A stretch of 64,000 nucleotides of DNA from contig NC_057751.1 of the NCBI RefSeq assembly GCF_004010195.1, forward strand, positions 13,275,659 to 13,339,658, given 5' to 3'. The notes under the pieces are model-generated. The model was not told the origin of the DNA, searched no databases, and saw only the letters and a program-made list of their open reading frames with translations. Source of the DNA: Chiloscyllium plagiosum (lineage: Eukaryota). Positions 25,160 through 37,262 of this stretch are shown piece by piece (the first letter of the stretch is position 1; every line of letters starts with the position of its first letter). The translations under genes and the position numbers were made by a program.

Positions 25160-28100
25160 AAGAATTAGGAGCAGTCGGCAATTCAGTTCTTTGAGCCCCG
25201 ATTTGACATGATCATGACTGAATTTCTCCTGGCATCAACTCCACTTTCCTGTCTGCTGCGCACAGCCCTTTACCTGCTTTTCATCAAAAACATATCGGTC
25301 TCTTTCTTGAGTCTTTTGATTGATTCTGCCTCCACAGCACTTCCACAGATTCACAACCCTTTGAGAGAAGTAGTTCCTCCTCACCTCAGCTTTGAACCCA
25401 CCTCCTCTCACTCTCTATTTTACACCTCTAATTCAAAAATGTTCCACAAGAGGTAACATCTATTCACCTTATCCACCCTTTAGTATTTTATTTGCCTCAA
25501 TCAGATTCACCCCTCATTGTTCTGAAGTCCAATGAGTACGAGCCCAAGCTAATTAACCTCTCCTCGTACAACTGCCTTTTCATCCCTGGAATCAAATTGG
25601 TGTACTTCACCTGAACTGCCTCCAGTGTCACCACACCCTTCCTCAAGTAAGGAGACCTAAATTGGACACAACACTCCAGGTGTGGTCTCACCAATGCTTT
25701 CTATAACTGTAACAACATTTCAGGAATATTTCGTCCTCATTTTGGAAACTTCGACCACAATGCCATATTTCTTCTCCCGGCTTACAGGCAAAAGCTCAAG
25801 CAGGAGACACCCCTCGTGGATACAGGCCCAGCGCTGGTCAGAGGAGGCAGAGGATCAACTCCAGTGCTGTCTGGAATCGGCTGATTGGGCCATGTTCAAA
25901 CACTATGCAGGCACCTTGGATGAGTAAGCCACCACCGTCACAGACTTTATATCAGCAAGTATGTTGAGGACTGCATACTGAGGAAGTCAATCTGGGTTTT
26001 CCCCAACAGGAAACCCTGGATGAATCAGGACATACAAAATCTGCTAAAAACCAGATGCGAGGCCTTCAGATCAGGAGACACACTCAAATTTAAGGAATCC
26101 AAGTATGACCTTCGCAGAGCCATTAAGACAGCCAAGGACCAATACTGATCCAAACTCGACACCCAGGCAGACACCAGGCGACTATGGCAAGGACTGAATG
26201 ACATCACAGACTCTAAACAGAGACAGTGCAAGATAGCAGACAATGACACATTGCTCCCAGATCATCTCAATGCTTCTATGCTCACTTTGAGCAGAATTTC
26301 GGCAGAGAGGTAACACCTATTCCAACAAGTCCTGATGAACCTATCCCAACAGTCACTGCATCAGAGGTCAGATCAGTTTTTCTTCGTATGAATTCAAGGA
26401 TGGGACCAGACAGCATGCACAGGTCAACTGGCAGAGGTCTTCTCAAACATCTTCAACCTCTTCCTGCAGCAGACCACTGTCCCAGCCTGTTTCAAGGCAG
26501 CCAACATCATCCCTATGCCCAAGAAGGCTCATGCAGCATATCTCAATGACTGCCGCCCAGTGGCCCTAACCTCAGTGGTCATGAAGTGCTTTGAAAAGCT
26601 GGTAATGGCATTAATCAACTCCAGTGTCCCCACTACACTTGACCTACTCCAATTTGCCTATCGGACCAACAGATACACGTCAGATGCCATATCACTTGCC
26701 CTTCACTCCTCTCTATAACATCTTAACACCAAGTACAGCTATGTAAGAATCCTACTCGTGGACTACTTTCTCCTTGAGACTGATTACTAAACTTGGACTA
26801 AGCCCCACTCTCTGCAAGTGGATCCTCAGTTTCCTGACACACAGGCCTCAATCAGTGAAGATTGGGGACAATATTTCACCGTTACTAACACTCAACACTG
26901 GAGCCCCGCCCCCCCCCCCGGGTGTGTTCTCAGCCCCCTATTGTACTCATTGTATACCCATGACTGCGTAGCCAAATACCAGACTAATGCCTTTTACAAG
27001 TTTGCTGATGACACCACCATAGTCGATTGAATCTCAGATGGCGACAAAACTGACTGCAGACGGGATCTGGAAGACCTGGAAAAATGATACACTGAGAACA
27101 ACCTAGTTTTCAATGCCAGTAAAACCAAGGAACTCATTATTGACTTTTGGCAGGATTTACTCATGCTCCCCCCTCCACCACCAACACATTAACAGCACAG
27201 AGGTGGAACGAGTAGAGTGCGCCAAGCTCCTCAACAACAACAAGCTTTCTTGGACTCTTCATGTGGACTCACTGGTTACAAAGGCCCAACGACATGTCTT
27301 CCTCCTCAGGCAGCTGAGGAAATGTGGCATGACAGCAAATACCCTTGCCAACTTTAATAGGTGCGCCATTGAGAACATTCTGTCTGGATGTATCACTACC
27401 TGGTCTGGCAACTGTACCATTCAAGATCAGAGACAGTTACAGAGAGTGGTGAACTCGGCCCGGACAATCACAAAGGCCAACCTCCCATCAGTAGAATCCA
27501 CCTACCTGGCCCGCTGTCAAGGAAAGGCCGCCAGCATTCTCAAAGATCCATCCCACCCTGGCAATGCTTTTCTACAATCTCTACCATCAGGGAGTAGGTA
27601 CAGAAGCCTGAACATATACACCAGCCGGTTTCATAACAGTTTCTACCTTCCTGTTGTTAGAATACTGAATGAACTCTCAAATTCTTAGCATTCACCTGTA
27701 CCTGTGTTTTGACTTTTGCCACTGTTTACCTATCATTTACTCATCTACACTATTTAACTATGTGATCTGTCTGTATTGCTCACAAGATAAAGCTTTTCAC
27801 TGTGCCTCAGTGTACGTGACAATAAATTCAATTCATTTCAACACTTTACTTTGATAACCCACTCCTTTTGCAGTAAATGCCAGAATTCCATTTCCGTTTC
27901 TTGTTATATGCTGTACCTGCATACCTACTTTGTGATATTTGCACAGATCCCTATGCATTGGCACAATTTGAATTTACTTCCCATAAAAATAATAATTTGC
28001 ATTGCTATTTTTCCAGCCAAAATGGACAACCTCGCAATTATCCACATTAAACTCCATCTGCCAGATTTTGGCCCATTCTCCTAACCTTAACCTCCTATCA

Positions 28101-28990
28101 AAACATGTTTTCCCACTTAGTTTATGATCATCTGCTAATTTTGCTCTGTTACACTCTGCACCTCCTTGCAAATCAATCATTCATATGAATGAAAATAGTT
28201 GAAGTCCAAGACCTGAACCCTGCGACATCCTACTAGCTACAGTTCATCATCAAGAAAAGGACCCATTTATCCTGAACCTCTGCTTTCTGTCAGTCAGCCA
28301 ATCCTTTATCCAAGTCAATACTCTACACTTAGATCCCTGGGATTTAATCTTGTGGATCAGTCTTTCATGTGACACCTTGTCAAATGCCTTCTGGAAGTCC
28401 AGATATACCATGTACACTTGCATCCTCTATGAAGTTCAGCAAGTTTGTCAAGTATGAATTGCCCATTTGTAAACTGAGCTTTGTTTTACCAATTGTTCAG
28501 TTATCTCCTCTGTTATGGTCGACTCCAGCAACTTCCCCACTATAGAGGTCAAACTAACTGGTCTATAGTTTCCCACTTTTTGCCTATCTCCTTTTCTGAA
28601 TAAGGGTGTCACATTAGCACATCTCCAATCCACCAGTATCTTCCCAGAATCCAGGAAATTTTAGAATATTGTAACTAATGCATCACCTATCTCTGCAGAC
28701 CATAAGGCCCTGGGGACTTATTTTAATCCTATCAGTTTACTTAACACTTGATCCCGAGTCAAAGAAATCTCACCAAGTAACTGCAGCTTTTGGGAAGAAA
28801 CTATGTTAACACTGTGAAAATAGAGAGAAAATACAGCCTTAGTGCCTCTGTCATTTCCTCAACATTTTCATCTTTTAAATGGCCAACATTTACTTTCACT
28901 ATTCTCTTCCTTTTTATATACATATAGAAGCTTTTGTTATCAGTGCTTAGCTTGTCTTCTAGTTTCTTTCCAAAGTTCATACTTTCATAG
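25160..28990 (-). mobile_element. CR1 LINE remnant (25160-25715 + 27840-28990) split by Rex1
   Basis: Minus ORFs VRPHLECCVQF, KLADD..RLGEWAKIWQMEFNV, DWRCANVTPLFRKG..NYRPVSLTS. Confidence 0.8.
25720..27838 (+). mobile_element. Rex1/Babar-type non-LTR retrotransposon, 5'-truncated
   Basis: LLPAYRQKLK, LNDCRPVALTSVVMKCFEKLV, LQFAYR, GCVLSPLLYSLYTHDC, KFADDTT, ILSGCITTW; aataaa plus ttcaa-type tail; imperfect flanking repeat caacattt/caacacttt. Confidence 0.88.
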
Positions 28991-30165
28991 AAGAAAAGGT
29001 GTGCTGTGCATGATGGAATTTTTGTCTAAAACTGATTGAACCGGAACAAAGAAACCGAATAGACATATCGGTTCTGTCCAACTGTTAGTCAGATCATTCT
29101 GAACTCTGGTATGGTTTTTAGAAGGATCAATGACATTGAAAGCAATAATCTTAAATAGAGTCATAACAAGTGAAAATCAATAAGATCCTTAAGAAATTAG
29201 ACTTATTACAGTGGGGAAGGCTCATGCTGAAAGTTCTTGAGTGGATTTTGCTATGACTTGACAATAAAGTCACAGCATGAGCACCTCATTTCTGCGTTCC
29301 CCAAATTCAACTGGAGTGAATATGGTATTCAAGTGCCAATTAAACTTGAAATTTTCCTGCATTCTCCTGAACAAAGCTTCTTAGCCTTGACATAGTTTGT
29401 TAATTCCACCCATTCCCCTCTCTCAATGCACTTTCATACTGCCACTGATATTCAGTTTTATCTAGTTTCTGAGAGAAAGGATAGAGACAGGACATATGGA
29501 AATAGGATCTTTGTTCAAAGGTCTCCCATTCCTACTTCTTCCCTGACACCCTGTCTCACCACCATTTCTCCTAACCCTCAGCCCACATGCTGCCTCTTGT
29601 TTTGATTGGCAAGTTCAGATGGGGCAGTCTTTGCTCAGGTCTTCATTGGTCTAAAAAAATTAGAGGATATGGGCCACAAACAGCTCAGTAACACTTCCAC
29701 TGAAGGGAAGCATCTCCACTGAAAGCACAGGTGTAACCACATTAAGTTCCTTCTCCGTTCTCTTTCTCCTCCTTCTCTTATATATGTATAGCAGTCATGA
29801 CCTTCCTCCTCCTGCAGCTTGTGTTCTCAATGGTGTGCTATATTATACAATAAAATGCAGATCACTACATTGGGTGAACATTTACTCGTGCATATGGAGA
29901 ATGCCTGAAGATCCCTCCAGACACTTGAATTCTATCTACAGCAAACCAGGGGCTCGTTTTAGGACTGCTTTGTGGCTTTGGCTATACATTTCCTTGACAT
30001 TAACTGTGGAGTTTCTCACAGATGTCATCAGCCACATGCTTAGATGGTAGCCCTTGGAGCCAGTCACTGACTCGGTTTGGAGGTTGTTATGATCTCGATA
30101 GCAATAGTGAACAGGTCAGGACTCAATGAAAGCTGGCTACACAGAATTTAAGTTTTGTTTTTGTG

Positions 30166-30417
30166 GTTAGATTAGATTACAGTGTGGAAACAGGCCCTTC
30201 GGCCCAACAAGTCCACACCGACCCGCNNNNNNNNNNNNNNNNNNNNNNNNNNNNNNNNNNNNNNNNNNNNNNNNNNNNNNNNNNNNNNNNNNNNNNNNNN
30301 NNNNNNNNNNNNNNNNNNNNNNNNNNNNNNNNNNNNNCAGTCGCCTGAGGAGGGAATTGAACCCGGGTCTCTGGCGCTGTGAGGCAGCAGTGCTGACCAC
30401 TGTGCCACCGTGCCGCC
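30166..30417 (-). mobile_element. HE1 SINE spanning an assembly gap
   Basis: Head and tail present; N run at 30227-30337. Confidence 0.85.
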
Positions 30418-31265
30418 GGTTACTGTGGTGATTTGTCACTTGGAGCCTTGTGTAAATATTTCAATGTTTTTAAAAAAAAAATTTATTATGCAAAAGAAAA
30501 ACATCAAAGCTATCTTATATAAATGATAAAATTCAGAATGATCTCAACACAACCGCATGAAGATAGAGTCAATTCTTTGTAGTCACTCAGTCTCAGTTCA
30601 GCATCACTTTTATCTTGACTCTCTCTTACTCCAACGATTTTCTCGCCTTTCTCCTTGGACTGCTGAAGCAGCTTAAATCTTCTTTCCAGCTCAAATGGTG
30701 TGGATACCTCTTTCCAATTCTGACAACCTTTTCAATTATTCCAACTATCACAGCCAAGTAGCTGGTACAATCTAAAAGAAAAAGGCCCTTAGCAAGGAAG
30801 ACTAGTCTTCTGAAATCAACCTGTGCTGGCCCCTGGTCATCTGTTTCTCTCAAGGTCATAAAAGTTCAACTTGATAAATATTCAATAACTAACATCCCAA
30901 GAAGCTGATCCAGTCATTTAGCTCAAGTCACGTGCTTTCTTGGAAATGATGTTTAAACTCATTTGCTCAAAATGACTCTGATTTAAAAGAAACAAATCAC
31001 CTTCATGAAATTAAAATTAAAATCGATTTACCTCTACGTGAGGAGCAAAATTCCCAAGCAATAACCAACATATTATAAACCTTTATCAATATCTATGGAA
31101 ATCACGATTGGTGCAAATGAAAGCAACATAGCAGTTTTCAGGACACCTTGCATAGAAACAAATGAAAATGTTTTGCTTGTTACACAACAACAACAGACCA
31201 CAATTGGAGTGGATGCCTCTCAATTAATTGATAACCATGGGTGATTTAAAGTAACCTTCAGTTCA

Positions 31266-31768
31266 AGGATGTTGTAAAGCTTGAAAGGATTCAGGAAAGA
31301 TTTACACGGATATTGCCAGGATTGAAGGATTTGAGCTACAGGGAGAGACTAAATAGGCTGGGGCTATTTTTCCTGGAGCTTCAGTAGGCTGAAGGGTGAC
31401 CTTATAGAGGTTTAGAAAATCATGAGGGGCATAGATAAGGAAAGTAGACAAGTCTGTTCCCTGGGTGGGGGAGTCCAAAACTAGAGAGCATTGGTTTAAG
31501 GTGAAAAGACGAAGATTTAAAAGGGACCTAAGAGACAACTTTTTCACATGTAGGATGGTGCGAGTATGGAATGAGCTGCCAGAGGAAGTGGTGGAGGCTG
31601 GTACAATTACAACATTTAAAAAGTCACCTGGATAGATATATGAACAGGAAGGATTTAGAGGGATACAGGCCAAATGTTATCAAATGGGACAGGACTTATT
31701 TAGGATATCTGGTCGGCATGGATGAGTTGGACCGAAGGGTCTGTTTCCATGCTGTACATCTCATCACA
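31266..31768 (+). mobile_element. CR1 3' fragment
   Basis: aggatgttgtaaagcttgaaagg..tggaatgagctgccagaggaag..ggaccgaagggtctgtttccatgctgtac. Confidence 0.88.
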
Positions 31769-32094
31769 ACTCCATTGTACTATGAAGTGTCTGGACATGG
31801 CAGAAAATTCAGCAGCTCTCTTACTTTGACTGTCATCATCAGGAGCAAAGTGGATATGATGTGGCAGGTCTGATAAATGTGGCATGGGTCAGCTTGGAGA
31901 TGTATTTGTGCAGTGCAGATAATGAAATTCTGTAGATAACACCAGTAGATTGCTGGAAATTACACAATTCAGGTTCATGATGACCTTGACCTCACTTGAC
32001 TTTCAGTATCCCTCTGGGCCAGTTGGAAAACTGTCTTTGTTCTGGAGACTGAAGCAGTCAGTAATGATTTGCTGAAGATGTCTCCATCTCCGGA

Positions 32095-32578
32095 GTTAAA
32101 AATCTCATAACCCCAGGTTATAGTCCAACAGGTTTATTTGGAAGCAATAGCTTTTGGAATGTTGCCTCTTCATCAGGTAGCTGTGGAGCAGTATCATAAG
32201 ACACAGGTTTTATAGCAAAAGATTACAGTGACATGCAACTGAAACTATATACTAAGCAAACCTCGATTGCTCTCAGTCTTTCATCTTTTAGAATGGGTTG
32301 CAGGTTTCGGTTCATTAATATGTAAATCCCAGAACTTCTTTTAAGTCTCATTCTTGAGCTAACTCAAGGTTTTATGTCAAAAGAAGATGACACCCCAGCT
32401 CAGACAAGGTGTGAGGTTAGAGTGTGTATGTATCCTAATCTTGAATCAGACTGGTTCTATTTCCAAAGGAGCAGTGTTCTGAAAGCTAGTGCTTCCAAAA
32501 AACCTGTTGGACTGTAACCTGGTGTTGTGTGATTTTTAACTTTGTCCACACCAATCCAACACCGGCACCTCCATATCA
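32095..32578. mobile_element. PLE-derived fold-back (inverted pLTR pair)
   Basis: 32095-32465 is the minus-strand 3' end of the family at 60485-61445; 32466-32578 is a plus-strand pLTR piece (gaaagctagtgcttcc..aacctggtgttgtg). Confidence 0.75.
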
Positions 32579-34043
32579 GTCTCCTGAAGCACCTTCAGAA
32601 AATCAATACTCTATTGAAGATCTTGCTTTCTTTGAATCGGAGGCTATGCTCATTTCCTCTATCCTGTGGAATGGCAGGTGGCTAAGGAGAAGACTACTAT
32701 TGCTGATGTTGGTGTATTGCTCCTTTTGTTCCTTATCAGAGGTCTAACATTGAGTCAAATGAGCTGTTCACATGTTGCATTGACATCAAGGAAGTGTCAA
32801 CCAATTTTTAAAAAGTACAAAATAAAAGACATGACCTCCAAAGTGTTGGAAAACACTTACAACCAGTAGGATGGAATTCTCTCAGAACAAAAATAAAAGC
32901 AAAATACTGCAGATGCTGGAAATCTTATCAAGAAAATAATATTCTGGAGAAACACAAAAAAAAGTGAATCCGTAGAGAGAAACAAAGTTAACATTTTGAA
33001 TTAGGTATTGGGCTACTCAAACATTTGTCCAAAAATAATACCTTCACATGAGCAAACCTTTACTCTCAGGTTTGCTTCTCATTTCTTACTCTCTGACTCC
33101 TTTGGCAAAGGCAACAAGAATGTTGAACTGTGTTTTGAAGCTTTTCAAATAATTCAATAATTTGTCTCAACTTCTTCTGTCAATCACCTAAGTTTTAAAT
33201 TTACTCAGCCAATTTTCTGCTTGCGACATAACATGCCCATTCATCCAAATCTGAAGCTACGCTAATAAGCTGTCCTAGAAGATTTGAGCAAAACACACTA
33301 CTATACATGTCCAACTAAAGATTATAAAACCATTTGACTTTCCTATGTAGAAAAAGTGAAAAATTTAGGCTTAAGCAATTTAATTCTTGCATAAGCATCT
33401 CAGCAATTCTATTTTTGATGCAGCTTAAGAGTTGTTCATGCTACATACTTGAAGAGAAGGTATAACAGGTGAATTCAATGCATGTATCCTACCTCAGGTA
33501 CAGGGAAGAATTCAGTGCAAGTTTGGGTGGGACTGAAAAGAATTCAACTTCAATATAATTAAAATGTTTTTTTTTGCAGTGGTCTGAATGTGAATCTCTG
33601 GCTATTGAAAAGTTTTTGTAAGCTTTGTAGCATTTGCATATTGTATCTGCATTTCTGACATAAATGTGAAAAAGACTTACTTAAGGTTTCGTACTACCTT
33701 CTCAGAACTTTGATGGAAAATAATTCTATTTATCAAATTATGAAACATTCTGGTGGTCAAGAAGGTGAGTGGGGAATAATGTAAAATGGAGCACTCAAAC
33801 CAATGGCCAATGTGCAAAAGCTGGTCTTGATATCTTGAACAGGGAATATAAAATAATAAATCAGTCAACACCCACTCTCCAGACAGCCCAGTGGTGAAGT
33901 ATAAAAAAGTTACCATTCTTTTTGCACATTTATAAGCATTTATTCAGTGAAACAGAGATGCACAAAACAAACATACACACGTCCTTAACTCAACCCAGTG
34001 TGTGTTCCGGTTTGAATGGCTAGTTAATGCCCACCACTAATCC

Positions 34044-34404
34044 AAAAGCAAAATACTGCAGGTGCTAGAATGCGAAATATAAACAGAAATGCAGAACTTC
34101 TCAACACATGACCCTTCACATCTCCTGTGGACTCACCTTATGTTTAATTACTAGCCCCATTTCCAATATTTTAGGCTCTGACCGTCCAAAGTTCTTGTCA
34201 TTTAATGTCTCCTGTCTTCCATTCTATCACAGACCCTCTCTTTCATTCTTTGCAAAAATTCCACTATTTTACTTTAAGAAAAGCGATTACATTTCTAACA
34301 TTTCCCCAGTCTGATGAAAGGTGGCAACCTTAAATACCTTGTTTCTCTCTCCACAGTTGCTGCCAGACAAGCTGAGTACTTCAAGTGCTTCTGTCTTTAT
34401 TTCA
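34044..34404. mobile_element. Short PLE-derived element with inverted ends
   Basis: aaagcaaaatactgcaggtgct on the left and ctgatgaaagg..ctctctccacagttgctgcc..tttatttca on the right. Confidence 0.55.
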
Positions 34405-34612
34405 TAAATAAAGAATTTGCTTCCTATTACGGAGCTTTATCAATTTAACACTGTAGCAGTGTGTTGGTGTGGATAATGGGTGAAGACAGGATCAGGCTAC
34501 GTTGTTTAAACTCCTACAGTAAGTGGTTGACTAACACTGATGATGCAAACTTGTACTAAAATGTCTATTTACATAAAATACTGGAGGCTGCCCACAACCT
34601 ACAAAATGTTTA

Positions 34613-34813
<201 letters not shown>

Positions 34814-36214
34814 TTAGAAAGATTAAAGATTACCATATTACAGAGAAGGTTTTCATGTTTTCAGTTTAGAGTTATCTGGTAATTGATGTCTTATTTCAAA
34901 CTGTAGTGCATATCTTTTTTTAATTGTTTTGCTAAAGATACATAATTACAATGTATAACTTGGCACAAGTCTTCACATCTAGACAATACTTGCTTCTAAA
35001 TTTGGGAATGGTTTAACTGTAATTATTTCATTTCAATGCCTAGAGATAGACTAAAGAAAAGTTAGAATGGTTTCAACTCTTTGTTACTCAAAATTATTCT
35101 TCTCTTACATCTTTCCAGATGCAAATGCTATATTTAGCTATTTTTTTGGGAAGTTTTTTAAAATAGAAATTTATACTGCTAAGATTAGTATAAATGCAGG
35201 CAACCCCCTAATTATTAACTGCTCATTGGAAAAAAAATTTCTGAAGCTTCAATAGCTCTAATTTTGATCAAATAAATCGTCCATGAAAATCTTCACTGGT
35301 ACACCACGAAATTAACTAAACATCAATATTATTTCAATTCAACATGTACAGTATTGCTTCTGGTTAAGTGTTATTGTTGAGCTTCAAAATGATTTAGCTT
35401 CAAGAAAAAAAAGCCAATGGAAAACTGCTCCCAGAAACTTAAATCAAGCTGGTTTTCTGATCACTGAGAAAATCTCACAATGAATACATTATACACTAAA
35501 TCAAAGGAACAGGTAAATTATTTTAGAGTTGAGATTATTGCACTTCTAAATAACTAAAATCGCAATGTCCGAAAATGTCGTTATTTTGCAACATGCTCCA
35601 ACCTACTTAATCAACATTATTTACTTAAATTATTCAAGGTTAGAAAACTCCATGCCCAACTGTATTAAACATGTTTTTCCAATGATGAACCAGGAATCCT
35701 CATTACACGTGGCCCCATCTGGTAATTTATTGTTCCCCATGAAGGTGACACAAATATTTTTCACTGATACACAGCCGAAGAGTGTTACTTTCAATTGATG
35801 TGATGTTATTGTGGCGAACAAACAATACCATCTGTGCCCCAAGGTTTGAATGATCCATGTTGGAAAAGGAGAAAACAAACATTGTGGGCAACCTTAATCC
35901 ACCGCACCATTAGAATTGGGTGTTTGTGCTTTCAAATAACTTTAATTCATGATACCAATTGAAGGCTTTATTTCCACATGCGCAAATCGTAAACACATGC
36001 AAAGAAGGCAGAGTCATTGTCAAAACCATGTCAGGCGTCAAAAATTTCCATCAAACTGTAATTTAAACAAATCAAATCACAACTCAAACCTGTAGATTTC
36101 CCGGAAAGTGCTGATATAAAATCAACAATCAATCAGTGACCTGGTTCTGTTCCACTGAGGTTTGAACAACAACGTATTTAAGTAAGTTCATCTGCATTTT
36201 CACATTTTAAAAAA

Positions 36215-37262
36215 TTTGGTTATGGGCATGGCTGGCTGGCCAGCCAACATTTTTGCCCATTCAGAGTTGCCCTTGTGCTTTGGTTGACCCACAGTGCCCT
36301 AAGGGCGGGAATTCCAGGATTTTGACCCTGCGACAGTGAAGGATGGCAATATATTTCCAAATAGCTTGGAAGCTACTTGCAGTTAATGGTGTTCCCAGTA
36401 TCTATTGCTCTTCTCCTTCTGGCTGGAAGTGGTCATGATTTGGAAGGTGCTGTCTAAGGACTTTTGGTGAATTTCTGCATTGCTTCTTGACACTGCTGCA
36501 ACTGAGCATCAGTGGTCGAAGGAGTGGATGCAGTGTCAATTAAGTGGTCTGCTTTGTTTTGGATGGTGTCAAGCTTCTCAAGTGTTGTTGAAACTTCAGC
36601 CATCTCGGCAGGTGGAGAGTATGCCATCATGCTCCTGATTTGAGACTTGTAGATGGTGGATAGGTCATGGAGACTCAACGGTTGAGTTACTTGCCACAGT
36701 ATTCCTAGCCTGTGACCTGCCCTTGTAGCCACTGTACTTATGTGGTGAGTCTGGTTGAGTTTCTGATCACTGGTAACCCCCAAGATTTTAATAGTGGGGG
36801 ATTCAGTGATGTTAACACCCATTGAATGGGCAATTGTTAGATTGTCTCTTATTTGAGATGGTCAGTTATGCAGCATGACAGTTACTTGCCACTTGTCAGC
36901 CAAGTCTGGATATTGTCCAGATTTTGTTGCATTTGAACATAGGCCACTTCAGTATCCAAGGATTCGCAAATAGTGCTGAGCATTGTGCAATCATCAGCGG
37001 GCATCCCCAGCTCTAACCTTGTGAAGGAGGGAGGATCATTGATGAAACAGCTGAAGATAATTGGGCCTAGTACACTACCCTGAGGAACTCCTGTAGAGAT
37101 GCCCTGGAGCTGAAATGAGTGACTCAACCATCTTCCCATGTACCAGTTATGACTCTAACCAGAGAGTTTGGACCTAATTTCCATTGATTCCAGTTTTGCT
37201 TGCATTTGTTGTTCCCACACTCGATTGAAGAAGGCCTTGATGTCAAAGGCTGTCACTCTCAA
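36215..37262 (-). mobile_element. CR1/L2-group LINE 3' portion (SINE-headed family)
   Basis: Minus ORFs [27 protein letters not shown] and IKILGVTSDQKL..STIYKSQIRSMMAYSP. Confidence 0.85.

Larger units (their letters stand above)
29790..32800 (-). pseudogene. Fragmented PIF/Harbinger (HARBI1-like) transposase remnant
   Basis: Collinear pieces: FQQSTGVIYRISLSALHKYISKLTHA and HIHFAPDDDSQSKRAAEF (31790-31990); RGIHS..LCNKQNIFICFYARCPENCYVAFI (31105-31230); KGYHLSMWLMTSVRN..YSQSH..GLL*IEFKCLEGSSG and VVICILLYNIA (29830-30060). Confidence 0.65.

Noticed and set aside
30227..30337. ORFs spanning the X run
   Set aside because: Artefacts of an assembly gap inside an HE1 SINE.
30630..30771. Cryptic exon with strong acceptor (ctttttcttttag) and gtaaga donor on the minus strand
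   Set aside because: 142 bp with an early in-frame TGA, lying in an insert within the Harbinger fossil; no support for use.
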